A stretch of DNA of 64,000 nucleotides from Octopus bimaculoides (lineage: Eukaryota), in NCBI RefSeq assembly GCF_001194135.2, contig NC_068992.1:65608529-65672528 (forward strand), given 5' to 3'. Positions within the stretch are counted from its first letter, which is position 1. The number at the start of each line of letters is the position of its first letter. The position numbers and the translations under genes were made by a program. Under the pieces are notes generated by a model that saw nothing but the letters and a program-made list of their open reading frames with translations, was not told where the DNA came from and searched no databases. This document shows positions 1 through 12,087 of this stretch, one piece after another.

Positions 1-90
1 TTCCTTCCTCATGTGTGGTAGTCGAAGGCTTTCGTATTTTAATGGAGGACAAATGAGATGAAAGACGCCCGTTTCCTTTCTTTATATTTT

Positions 91-300
91 TTTTATCTTT
101 TATATCTTACTTGTGTCAGTTATCAGACCACGGCCGTGCTGGGTCACACAGCTTTGAAGAGTTTGTTTCTTCTTTAAGCTTGGTACTTTTTCTATCCCTT
201 TCTTATGCCGAACCGCCAAGTTACGGGGACGGAAACACGCAAACACCGGTTCGTAAGTGAGAGGCACACAAACACAAGACATGCAAATACACACACAAAG
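91..300 (-). mobile_element. tRNA-derived SINE family A (octopus-type), 3' half, degraded
   Basis: Reverse-complement match to the 3' half of the copies at 705-890, 30381-30753 and 43559-43815 (cggccgtgctggg, tatgccgaaccgccaagttacggggac, acaaacacaagac). Confidence 0.85.
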
Positions 301-432
301 AGAAAGAACGAGTAATAGCATAGTGTATATTTCTATCTTTTACTGATGCACATCGACAGACTAAGTGCAATCTCTTCCCATGTCTCCCCTTTTCCCAACC
401 CCACCTCATATATATCTACATCTATATCTATA

Positions 433-463
<31 letters not shown>

Positions 464-499
464 GTATATATAGTTAATCCCAAAACAACGATGAAAAAA

Positions 500-665
500 C
501 GCAAGAAAAAGCAACTACGCTAGGATATGATACAGGGAAGGAAAGAAAGGGTGGTTGTTTTACGTTTCGAGCAAAGATCTTCTTCAGAAACAGCAAGCAG
601 CGGAAGGTCCAAGAGAAAAGGAAGACAGAGGGAAAAAATCGCCAGCGATCCACATGTAGTTATAT
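500..665 (-). mobile_element. Short non-autonomous Penelope-associated repeat, family D (copy 1)
   Basis: Clear homology to 43930-44100 (ttttacgtttc-agcaaag-tcttcttcagaaacag...gtccaagagaaaag...cgatccacatgtagtta). Contains a hammerhead-like motif. Confidence 0.7.
556..592 (-). ncRNA. Minimal type-I hammerhead ribozyme-like motif
   Basis: Minus strand reads tgttt-CTGAAGA-A-GAtC-ttt-GcTC-GAAA-CGTA-aaaca: canonical CUGANGA and GAAA cores, 5-bp stem I, stem II with one mismatch, palindromic ACGU stem III, GUA cleavage triplet. Confidence 0.7.
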
Positions 666-704
666 TTGGAATTGTACATAATACAGATGTATACACATAT
701 AAAG

Positions 705-890
705 CGTCGCTTGAAAACCGATGCTTGTGTGTTTATGTTCCCGTAACTTAGCGGTTCGGCATAAGTGACCGATAGAATAGGTAGTAGGCTTACAAATAAT
801 AAATCCTCAGATCGATTTGTTCAGCTAAAGGCAGTGCACCAGCATGGCCGCAGTCAAATGACTGAAACAAGTGGAAAAAAATAAGAGAAT
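705..890 (+). mobile_element. tRNA-derived SINE family A, 3' half
   Basis: cccgtaacttagcggttcggc...gatcgatttgttcagctaaaggcagtgcaccagcatggccgcagtcaaatgactgaaacaag matches the other family A copies in the window. Confidence 0.9.
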
Positions 891-1758
891 AAAGGATAAA
901 TGAAAAAATTCTCCAATTATTTTGCGGAAGTCATGAAAGCCCCACATTTCGTTATTTCTTACTGAAGATAGACACAACGCCCGACATGAAGACCTCATGA
1001 CTAGCTTCATATTTTTTGAGAAAGAATACAAACCATTAACATCACATTCCTGGAGTATACAGCTCAATAGAAAGGTTAAAATAATAATAAAAAAACTACA
1101 ATTTTCGCCATTCCAATGTGAATTTCATATTCTTCGCATCAGGAAAGTTTATAAAATAAATAAGGATACCGGAGTCGCTGACTCTCCCCTAAAGACATAT
1201 TTCAAACCGTTGTATGCAATGGTAAATAACTTAAATAAACTCACACGAAATAAACAATTCAAATTATAGTTTCTATTCACCTAATGTTAAAATATCCAAT
1301 ATACAAAGCCAGAAATATAAATATGCTCTGTGTTGTTAAAATATAAACAGATATGTTTATGTCTATCGCCTGTTTATATCGTATGTGTCTGCATTTATTT
1401 TTTTTCTTAATACGGCTCATATGTTTTAAACAAATATTAGTTTCTGCTTACCTGGATTGTCAAGATAAAGCTACAATATAGTAAATAAGATGTCGTGTGT
1501 TGGAAAATAGCACGAAAATAAATATATACAATGAAACAAAAAAAGAAGCAGAAGAGAAAATATTTGCAAAGAAACGATGAAAATATTCATTTAAGAAAAT
1601 GAGAAATTCTTTCTGGAATATATAGAGGTGTATCTGTGTGTCTGTTTGTGTATGTGTATATGCTTATGTATATATGTACGCACACACAAACATATGTATA
1701 TTCACCGATACACACATTTACACATACATCTATTTACACAGATATAAATATCCATTTA

Positions 1759-1812
<54 letters not shown>

Positions 1813-2377
1813 TTATACATAGATAGATAGATAAATAGATACATAAGTAGATATATGTGTGTCTGTAGATAAACATATAAATGTGTACATATATGTATTA
1901 TCTATTATATACGCATAGACGTATAAACTCAAGCAAACATTGTATATACATATATATATGTACACACACGTATTGATATGTGTGTGTGTGTGTGTGTGTA
2001 TGTGTGCGTGTTTATATATGTATGCGTATATGTATCTATATATGTATGTGTGTCTGTATGTATGTATATAGAAATATATGCATGTTGATAACAGTTGTAT
2101 GAAAAATAAAAACTTATTATTTATAAAGCAAATACGTATATTTTTGACTGTTTCGCAAATTGTATCAGTGTGTAGCAATCAAATTATGGCAGGAAATTAA
2201 AAATTTTCTTTGAATAGCGCTTAGATGTGATTCCCAGAATATTTGCATGTCATCACGCGAAAGAGAATGGAAAAGATTTCATTTTTATGATTAGTGTAGC
2301 CTGAAATATACCTCCTGAAGTTGACTTTCTGTGAAACGTAAATCAATGAAGGGCAAGAAATATTGACATCACTTAAC

Positions 2378-2506
<129 letters not shown>

Positions 2507-2594
2507 CCTTTCTATCTCTCTCGCTGTCTGTACACATATATACATGTACATACATACATACATACATACACACTCGTATATATATGTGTATACC

Positions 2595-2649
2595 TGAGAC
2601 CCCCTTCGGTCATGACTGACTACGGGATTGCCCCTAGAAAGTTACCCTC
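2595..2649 (-). mobile_element. 3' end of SINE family C (5'-truncated)
   Basis: Reverse complement of 11556-11609 (gagggtaactttctag.gcaatccc...gtca....accgaagggggtctca). Confidence 0.85.
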
Positions 2650-2702
2650 ACGTGAATACATACATACATACATACATACATACATACATACGCATATAGA
2701 AT

Positions 2703-2848
2703 ATTCTTTTATTCTTTTATTTGTTTCAGTCATTTGACTGCGGCCATGCTGGAGCACCACATTTAGTCGAACAAATCGACTCCAGTACTTATTCTTTGTA
2801 AGCCTAGTTCTTATTCTATCGGTCTCTTTATGCCGAACCACTAAATTG
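2703..2848 (-). mobile_element. tRNA-derived SINE family A, 3' end
   Basis: ttgtttcagtcatttgactgcggccatgctggagcaccac...tagtcgaacaaatcgac...tatgccgaaccactaa is the reverse complement of the family A 3' end. Confidence 0.9.
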
Positions 2849-3392
2849 CATTTTCAAACCTCCTTTTATATATATTTCCACTCGTGCGGTACCTTACAAA
2901 TTTACTTTGTTATATATATAGATATATATAATAGAAATATGTTACAGAAAGAAAATAGAAACTACACGTGGAAATGTAATGGGAAAGTAAGAAGAAAAGA
3001 AAGCGAAAATGCACATTGGAAATCAAAAAAGTAAAAGCTTTTTATGAAAAGTAACGAGAGATATATACAATTAGATGAACTGAGGTAGGAATAAAAGTAA
3101 TAGAAGTCATTATTGTGAATTGTTAAAGAGATTCAAAGGCATACTGGTTTCGTAAATTACTGTTCACTGGTTTTGAATGCGCACCGATTACCGAACGGTG
3201 TCAGGTCCACTAGTCCCTGAGTAGAAAGATTATGTGTAAGGGAGTTAAGTAGTTCTGGATTTGCTGCAATTAGGATAAATATAACATTGTAATGTGAATG
3301 GTGTATGGGATGTATGGGGTTTGTGGTATTAATTCAAAGGTTAGTAGTATTCTGTATTATGTTATGTGTTCATATATATATATATATATATA

Positions 3393-4230
3393 NNNNNNNN
3401 NNNNNNNNNNNNNNNNNNNNNNNNNNNNNNNNNNNNNNNNNNNNNNNNNNNNNNNNNNNNNNNNNNNNNNNNNNNNNNNNNNNNNNNNNNNNNNNNNNNN
3501 NNNNNNNNNNNNNNNNNNNNNNNNNNNNNNNNNNNNNNNNNNNNNNNNNNNNNNNNNNNNNNNNNNNNNNNNNNNNNNNNNNNNNNNNNNNNNNNNNNNN
3601 NNNNNNNNNNNNNNNNNNNNNNNNNNNNNNNNNNNNNNNNNNNNNNNNNNNNNNNNNNNNNNNNNNNNNNNNNNNNNNNNNNNNNNNNNNNNNNNNNNNN
3701 NNNNNNNNNNNNNNNNNNNNNNNNNNNNNNNNNNNNNNNNNNNNNNNNNNNNNNNNNNNNNNNNNNNNNNNNNNNNNNNNNNNNNNNNNNNNNNNNNNNN
3801 NNNNNNNNNNNNNNNNNNNNNNNNNNNNNNNNNNNNNNNNNNNNNNNNNNNNNNNNNNNNNNNNNNNNNNNNNNNNNNNNNNNNNNNNNNNNNNNNNNNN
3901 NNNNNNNNNNNNNNNNNNNNNNNNNNNNNNNNNNNNNNNNNNNNNNNNNNNNNNNNNNNNNNNNNNNNNNNNNNNNNNNNNNNNNNNNNNNNNNNNNNNN
4001 NNNNNNNNNNNNNNNNNNNNNNNNNNNNNNNNNNNNNNNNNNNNNNNNNNNNNNNNNNNNNNNNNNNNNNNNNNNNNNNNNNNNNNNNNNNNNNNNNNNN
4101 NNNNNNNNNNNNNNNNNNNNNNNNNNNNNNNNNNNNNNNNNNNNNNNNNNNNNNNNNNNNNNNNNNNNNNNNNNNNNNNNNNNNNNNNNNNNNNNNNNNN
4201 NNNNNNNNNNNNNNNNNNNNNNNNNNNNNN
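3393..4230. other. Assembly gap (one of 18 N-runs, about 6.5 kb in total)
   Basis: N-run flanked by (TA)n. Other gaps start near 7438, 12324, 13841, 18756, 21608, 25539, 26232, 32118, 39631, 45141, 47545, 48732, 50307, 57690, 59268, 60513 and 62365. Confidence 0.99.
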
Positions 4231-4493
4231 NATATATATATATATATATAAATATGAAGGTAAATATAATATGGCAATTTAACTTAATTTAAAATAAATT
4301 TCCTGCTGGTCATAAGGAACCATATTTTCCGTAAGTGAGAACCATATTATTCTCATTATATTTCCATTATTCAAGACAAACATTTGACGTTAGACAAGTA
4401 CGAAACAAACAATACGTTAGTAACACATATTAATGTTCTTTTCATGAATTCATATATACATATATCTGTATAAACACACTCACAGACAAACAA

Positions 4494-4580
<87 letters not shown>

Positions 4581-4786
4581 TAATTTTTTCATTGACATAA
4601 AGAAATATATTTTGCTTCTTTTATTTTCTCTAAGATATTATCTCAACTGCAACGCCTCGTGATGACGGATTTTGTTATGCTGATATATATCTCACACAAG
4701 AAACAGAATATTCTAATACAAGTATGTGTGAGTATGCGAGTACACACACACATACACACAAACAGAGACATATATATATCTATATC

Positions 4787-4843
<57 letters not shown>

Positions 4844-4846
4844 ATA

Positions 4847-4904
4847 GGCGGTACTCCAGCAGGGCCACAGTCAAATAACTGAAAGAAGTAAGAGAGTAAA
4901 AGAG

Positions 4905-4906
<2 letters not shown>
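4847..4906 (+). mobile_element. SINE family A, extreme 3' end with (agagtaaa) tail
   Basis: ggcggtactccagcagggccacagtcaaataactgaaagaagtaagagagtaaaagagta matches the family A tail. Confidence 0.85.
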
Positions 4907-4953
<47 letters not shown>

Positions 4954-5821
4954 ATATATACTTACATATATATATGGATATATATATAATTGTGAATATA
5001 TGCGTGTATATATGTGTTTGTGCATTAGTATATACATATATGTGTGTGTGTGCGAATACTGAGTTATATAATACAATATAACGTGCACATAAAGATGCAC
5101 ACATGAATAAATGCATGAATGCATATTACTTATACACATACACACACAAATATATACGTATATATATATATACATATATATGATTGAATGTATGTATTTG
5201 TAACCATATGCATGCATTATTATATGTGTGCATATATATATATATGCACATCTGCGTTCACTACATATACATAAGCATATATGTTTGCTTTTGTATTTGT
5301 GTATATGTTGTAAATACATATATACACAAATGTATGTATGTATGTATGTATGTATGAGCGTACCTATTTTCCCTCTCTGCACATAATAATTTTCCCTCTT
5401 TCCTCTTCGTGTACTCTCCTAGTTCTATCATAACTAAAACCATTTAATTTAATCGTCTTGTTTGCACTGTTTTATATTTTTATTCTGTCAATCCTTCTTT
5501 ATTTCGAAATCCTCATTAATATATTAAGTTTCCTCGTCCGCTTAAATATAGAGCCACTATTTCCAACCCCTTCTCAATCTTATATATCTCTCTTTCACCA
5601 TCACTCTATGACTACCCATTAGAAAGAGACAGATATATTAGTAGTTATAAAGTAAGAAGTTATAAACTATAAATCTCTCTTTCTCTTTTACTCTCTTTCT
5701 ACAACTACCTCTCTCTATATATTTCTCTCTCTTCTTGCTCACTATATCTGCTTATATATCTGTCTTTTTTTACCATCTATTCATAAGAACGCATATATCT
5801 ATCTCACTGTTTTTTCCCGCC

Positions 5822-5911
<90 letters not shown>

Positions 5912-6334
5912 GTTATAAATTAAAGGGAGCTAACATCGTTTAGCTTCCACACACCTTCAATTACGTGAAACCAACTCAACGCTAAAATATAGCAAATCCT
6001 TTGAGACTCGCTATTATTATAATTCTCGTTGTTTTCTTCTTCTCCTCCTTCTTTCTGTATATTATCCAACGAGATTAATAATAATTGCCTGAGAACGACA
6101 ATATGAGGAGAAATATCGAACCTAAAAGAAAATAAATGTTCTCAAGAACATTTTATAGATTGCTTTCATTCAATTTCCTCTAATTTAATTGCAATATTTT
6201 AATAAAATACCCGAATTTAACGTCTCCGTAATACTCAATTACAAGGAGTGTGGATATTAGAAAAAATATGATTAAATATGTAAACTTCACGTTTGCGAAA
6301 TTGTAAAAGTCGAAACATATCTTCGTAGACATGT

Positions 6335-6560
6335 ATTGTATTCATACGGGAGGAATTTGGGGTATAATTTGCATGTGCAGACAATTTGTCGACAGACAAT
6401 TCGTCGATTGGACAATAAGTATCAATCATGAAGTTTGTTTTTAAAAAATTTCGATATATTGTCTTTTCGGCAAATTATCCAATCGGTCAATTGTCCTGTC
6501 GGCCAATTATTTGTTGGTAAACTCTGTCGACGAATTGTCCGTCTACCGTAATTCGTGCCC
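6335..6560. mobile_element. Foldback-type/MITE-like element with inverted arrays of ~15-16 bp subrepeats
   Basis: Left units gacaatttgtcgaca / gacaattcgtcgatt / ggacaata face inverted right units (aattgtcctgtcggcc ... ctgtcgacgaattgtcc) across an AT-rich spacer. Confidence 0.6.
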
Positions 6561-6875
6561 TCCAACAGATTGGAACTGATTTCTTGGATTAATACTGCAT
6601 TTACAAGAGTATAGTTAGCAGATCTTTCTATGAGTCACCATTCCAATTATGATTTTATTTCTATTCAGTAGAAACCAGACAAAGTGCTTTACATGTTTAT
6701 GCTTAAACCCTTTGCTCCATGTGCAACATGGATCATCGGCAACTTTTGTCCACACTTCTAGACGCTAGGCTCTCTTTTCTGCTTTCGTTCAGTTGGAAAC
6801 CTGCTTCTTCGGCTCATCCTCAGCACCCCGACTCCAGCTATTTTGGGGGCGTTCACTCTTCCAATTCCTTTGTGA

Positions 6876-7108
6876 GTTCCAGGATATCCAGAGCTTTGGT
6901 CATCTTTAAGACCCTCTCATCCCCTCCAAAATTCCGTTGCCCGCCTTTACACAGCTGATAAAACTGGAACATCTTCTAATGTAGCAACCATGTCTGTATA
7001 TCTCATTAGGGGATAAACCCTTAAGCCACAACGATATGTAGCAACCATGTCCGCATATGTCATTAGGGGATAAACTCTTAAACCACAACGATGCGAACTT
7101 TTGTCCAT
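6876..7108 (-). pseudogene. Degraded mariner transposase, N-terminal HTH region
   Basis: Hand translation with frameshifts: MDKSSHR..LWLKGLSPNEIY / DMVATLEDVPVLSAV*RRATEFWRG*EGLKDDQSSGYP. This fits the mariner N-terminal pattern KGLSP.EI..DMV.TL.D.AP....V..W..EF.RGRESLEDD.RSG.P. Confidence 0.75.
6979..7092 (+). repeat. 57-bp tandem duplication inside the mariner remnant
   Basis: Units 6979-7035 and 7036-7092 (atgtagcaaccatgtc...ccacaacgat), 5 mismatches by hand count. Confidence 0.9.
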
Positions 7109-7380
7109 CTCCGAGAGACGTCGCTATCAGTTACTTCTGAAGTCACCTTGGAGCAGGTAGATGTTTACCTGAAAAAAAAACAACCAAAAACAATGCAATT
7201 AATAATAAGCATAGCTGGAATTAATGCATGCAAGATTTTCCATCTCTAGTATCACTGGTTTATAGTCAGCATCTGAATTTTCAGCCCACCCTCATATGTT
7301 AGAAGATTCTGCAGAACTAAAAGTAACGAAGACATCAAGATACGCCTCAAATTGTATTATTCACAATGTTATATATACAG

Positions 7381-7415
<35 letters not shown>

Positions 7416-8122
7416 TATATATATGTATATATATATANNNNNNNNNNNNNNNNNNNNNNNNNNNNNNNNNNNNNNNNNNNNNNNNNNNNNNNNNNNNNNN
7501 NNNNNNNNNNNNNNNNNNNNNNNNNNNNNNNNNNNNNNNNNNNNNNNNNNNNNNNNNNNNNNNNNNNNNNNNNNNNNNNNNNNNNNNNNNNNNNNNNNNN
7601 NNNNNNNNNNNNNNNNNNNNNNNNNNNNNNNNNNNNNNNNNNNNNNNNNNNNNNNNNNNNNNNNNNNNNNNNNNNNNNNNNNNNNNNNNNNATATATACA
7701 TATGCTTTTAGTAATATAACGATATTAAACAGGCTCTATTAATATCACATATTAAAGCCACAGTCACGATTCAAATACTTAATGCAAGAGACGGAAGTGT
7801 GAAGTCTCTTTATTAAAAATTAGTTTCTAAGTTTACTAGTCATGTTTCACCGTTAGTGGAAAGTAGTAACATTTCTATGATGGACTCTCTCCTCTCCGAA
7901 CGGTGGAAGTATTTCATAAAATTTGGTAGGTTTATATTTATACACATGATTATACGTGTGTGTGTATGCGTGTGTGTGCATGCGCCCGCGCGTGTGTACT
8001 ATATTAAAATTATCCCCAATACATACATATATACATACATACATACACACATACACACACAAGTTTATACACGAGTACAGATATACGCCACTATTTACAT
8101 TATGGTGAGTGAACCTGTAATA

Positions 8123-8311
8123 TATCATTACCTGCTCCAATCCATGGGTCATTTTCTGCGGTCGCAACGCTTCATCAAGCAAGAGTTCTTCCCCTTGAAA
8201 GACAACAGTTGTTATCAGCGAGTGTTCAAAGAAATAGCAGAAGGGTGTCTTCAGACGCTGCAACACAATGGCCTCTACTCTGAATGCAAGGCTGCTTTTG
8301 TTATAACTTGA
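8123..8311 (+). pseudogene. Degraded mariner transposase, C-terminal fragment with internal deletion
   Basis: YHYLLQSMGHFLRSQRF...EIAEGCLQTLQHNGLYSE resembles the mariner C-terminus DYHLFRSM.HFL.GR.F...LAERWL.T.QHDGLYFE. Confidence 0.6.
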
Positions 8312-8743
8312 TGAATAAAACAAATAAAGTTACGAAAACATTGCAGAACATTTAAGTGAACAGTATATTCATTAGGAATTAATAACTTGTCTCTGTTTAA
8401 GAACCTTCGGCACTTTATAATACGTGGAAACATCGACAAGCTAATGAATTGACTGAGAGGAATAAAGTAAAGATCAAGCATATTATAAGTATCGATAGCA
8501 TTTGTGATAAACAAAGTATGTGATTGATCACTGGTTGTAGAAATGGATCATTTAGATTATTATTCATTGAAAGGATTTTGCGTTTGTGATCAATTTACAT
8601 TTGGAAGTTACGACGGAGGTCCTTAATTGTATCAAGAGTAAATGATAAGATGGAGAATATCACATAAGGTTTTCAGACGATTTACTCTTAGCTTCTCTGT
8701 AAAAACAAATAAGCCAAACTGACAAGGTGAAGATTTTTTGGGA

Positions 8744-8755
8744 CAAAATGGCGGC
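8744..8755 (+). promoter_or_regulatory. YY1-type consensus motif in a unique, SSR-free block
   Basis: CAAAATGGCGGC matches the YY1 consensus (AANATGGCGGC). Function is inferred only. Confidence 0.35.
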
Positions 8756-9020
8756 GGCAGAATCAGAACAGCATTAAAAAATATAAGAGACAAAACAAAA
8801 GACCCGTTAATTTATCACTTAAACATTAACCGAGTCTTTATCTGTCGCGTTGCTACTACTTAGCTGTTAAATCAATCATCTTCATCATCAATCATTTTAA
8901 AATCCATTGACAGCGCGGAACACAAAAGGAATACAGAAGAGAAAACATTACAGAAAACAAACAAACGCTCCAATACACAGACACACATCATAAATATCAT
9001 TATTATTACCTTTGTTGTTG

Positions 9021-9102
<82 letters not shown>

Positions 9103-9689
9103 CGTTATCATCAGCATTTATCTGCAACATAAATCTCTTTGACATATTTTTTTTCCGCATTCAGAAAATTTAAAGATGCCTATACATAGTAGAACCATGT
9201 ATTTTTTTTTTTTTTTACCCTTTTTTTGGCTTTCTTTCCGAACCTGCCATCGATTCTAAATTTTCCTACCATTATTTTTCTTGTTTCTCCTTTCCTTTTC
9301 ACTTGTTTATATTAGCTCTCTCGCGGTTCTGTTTGGTTTTTCTTCTTTTCCTTTTCGTTAATATAATAGATGTGCTCTTATTGTTATTGTTGTTCTTACT
9401 GTTGTTGTATTTTTAGTGTCTACCTGTGAAGTTCTGTGCTGAACTAAACATAACGAATAAGTGCTTATCTCACACTGGCCCCACTAGAGTTAGACCAATA
9501 TCGTTACAATCACCGTCGAGCAGTCACTCAAGAAAACCAAAACACCAGCAACTACAACGCAGCCGTCTCTAATCGCTACCACAACAATCGCCATCACACA
9601 CTGCTTCCGAAGTAGACAGTTTCCTTTCATCACAATTCTATCTTTTGTATTCTCAACACAGACAACAACCAACATGGACAAAATAGTAA

Positions 9690-9754
<65 letters not shown>

Positions 9755-10008
9755 ATAATAATGTTGATGAGAATAAAATGACGTTTCACATTTATAGAGA
9801 AGCACTTACATCGTATCGTTTGGTTGTTTGTATATGCATGCATACATGTATGTGCGTGCGCGCGCGCGCGTGTGTGTGTACATAATTATACAAGTATATA
9901 GACACATGCACAGATATATTTGTTCATATATATACATATCTACATACATATGTATATACATATATATAAATATATATACACACAAACATACATATATATA
10001 TATAAAAG

Positions 10009-10269
10009 AATACAAAACATGGGACAAGAACGCGTCAGGCGACAACAAAACATCCAGACGATGTATACAAAAAAGGACAAGAAAAACAATGACGGGACAT
10101 TCGGAGTTTTCTTTCGTCAGTCGAATTCGGGATTATGTTTGCAGGAACTCGAGTGACGAAAGAAAACTCCGAATGACCCGTCCTTGTTTTTTCATGTCCT
10201 TTTTTGTATCATCCAACTGTCTGGATGTTTTGTTGTCGCCTGACACGTTCTTGTCCCATGTTTTGTATT
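10009..10269. repeat. Long imperfect inverted repeat (~120-bp arms, 16-nt spacer)
   Basis: aatacaaaacatgggacaagaacg.gtcaggcgacaacaaaacatccagac...tcgaattc (10009-10128) is the reverse complement of 10145-10269, with several substitutions and small indels. Confidence 0.95.
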
Positions 10270-11282
10270 ATTTTCTTCATATACACAAGCGGCGTACGTA
10301 CTTTGGTCCCTTTTACATATATATATATACATATACATTTTATCAATGAATCTCCTCAATCACGGACTGACCTGGGGTTAAACAACAATGAGAAACTCAA
10401 AACAAAAGGATATTAGCGAAAAAAAATAGACTCAATCAGAGGATTGTAAAATACACTATTAGCGACACAAAAGGGGTTAAAAACGAACATGGTCATAAAG
10501 AATAGAAGAGTAGTAACAAATATTTACGCAACATTTAATATTTCATGCTCTTCTGAAAAGAAGGAAAAAACACATATATGAGAATAAAAGGAAAGAAAAT
10601 GTTGGAAAAATAGGAAAGCATAATTGTACTTCAGATTTTGTGAGTGAAATTTATTAGCTATTGTGTTGCGTTTGTTCTGTTTCAAAAGATTTCTTCTTTC
10701 TGACTGTAATCACACCATTAATCAACCATGTTCTATTGAATTTATATATTATCATGGACAACAATGTTTAGATGACTTCAGAATGCTTCCGGCGGCTTTC
10801 TTTTTATTTCATGTCGGAACATTTTCGCTCAACGTTGATTGGATTAAAACATTTTTAACGTATTTTAATATATGTCGCTGGTGCCATACTTTTCTTGTCT
10901 ACGCAAAACTGTGAAATGTTTCCTGCCAATAATTCAAATTCGATACAGTTGCAAGTTAAAGTTTAAAACAATGTTAAAAAAGGTAACAAAACTCCACAAA
11001 TGTTATTATTTCAACGTCTGTTAATTTTCAGAGGAGGTGCGGTGTCATGATTGTTTTTCTTCTTTCGTTTGTTGTTATTTAAACACAGGTGAGCCGTGAT
11101 CAAAGACGTTGATCATTGCATCTGAACGACTCATTGTAGAATGTGTCCTATATTTCTGAATACGATGTAGTGCAATTTGGCAACTAGTTTTACCATGTCC
11201 GACCCTGTAGAAGTCACCTCGTGTGTGGTGTTGATGAGGTCTACAATCGCTATTTGATTTTCTACTGGTCCTCATTAGCGAA

Positions 11283-11609
11283 GGCGCATGGCTCAGTGGT
11301 TAGAGCATCGAACTTACGATTGTGAAGTAGCGAGTTCGATTCCCTTCCCAGACCGGGTTGTGTTCTTGAGCAAGACACTTTATTTCACGTTACTCCAGTT
11401 CACTCAGCTGTAGAAATGAGTTGCGATGTCACTGGTGCCAAGCTCTATCGGCCCCTTTGCCTTGGATAATATCGGTGGCGTGGAGAGTGGAGGCTGGTAT
11501 GTACGGGCGACTGCTGGTCTTCCATAAATCAACCTCGGGCGGACTTGTGCCTCGGAGGGTAACTTTCTAGGTGCAATCCCATGGTCATTCAATACCGAAG
11601 GGGGTCTCA
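11283..11609 (+). mobile_element. Near full-length tRNA-derived SINE family C with V-like central domain
   Basis: A box TGGCTCAGTGG (11289-11299), B box GTTCGATTCC (11334-11343), conserved gttgtgttcttgagcaagacactttatttcac block; 3' end repeated at 2595-2649. Confidence 0.9.
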
Positions 11610-12087
11610 CCTCACTGGTCCACTTTCACTTATTCTGTAACAGCCATAGAAAATGACGTGCTTGTCACTACTTCATAAATCCGAAATTCCGAGTTCAAAT
11701 GACAGACAGGTAAAAAGTCACTTCTTAGTTACCTCTTAGTGGGATACAGAACTATCTGTTTTTAGTTCATTTGTGTGAGTGCGCGCGCGCGCATCTATGT
11801 CTTTGTAAACAGACAGACAGATCTTCATTGCCTTTCAATATGATAATATGAAGTCACGGGACTCCGGAGAAAGGCTACCCTAGTGGGATGCGAACTGACT
11901 GCGTAAACTGTTAACACTAAATGATGGCCCTTTTATACAAAATACATTTCCAGTATTTCGATGTCCATATTTCGGAGGAAGGTCTATCAGTTTCTGCGTG
12001 TCATTCCACGGTTGCGAATCAGTTTTATATGAGAAGTGGCCGGCAAATGTCGGTAACGATGTAAGGCTCTTCCTTTCTGGCCCCGAC

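Noticed and set aside
3298-4292. Long ORFs (300-440 aa) in the ORF track here and at 50202-51564, 57508-58632 and 60433-61616
   Set aside because: They read through N gaps and (TA)n/(CA)n runs, so they are artefacts.
6741-7107. 12-bp direct repeat AACTTTTGTCCA (6741-6752, 7096-7107) as a possible TSD
   Set aside because: The right copy overlaps the mariner start (ATGGACAAAAGTT on the minus strand) and mariners make TA TSDs; unexplained, but not supportable as a TSD.
10301-10320. tttggtccc (miR-133-like); also miR-10-like accctgtaga at ~11201 and cggatctacag at ~42575
   Set aside because: Matches of 9-11 nt only, without hairpin context; two of them lie in or next to repeats.
11283-11345. 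tRNA gene-like A and B boxes
   Set aside because: No closing acceptor stem, and the sequence continues into a SINE body; it is a SINE head, not a tRNA.
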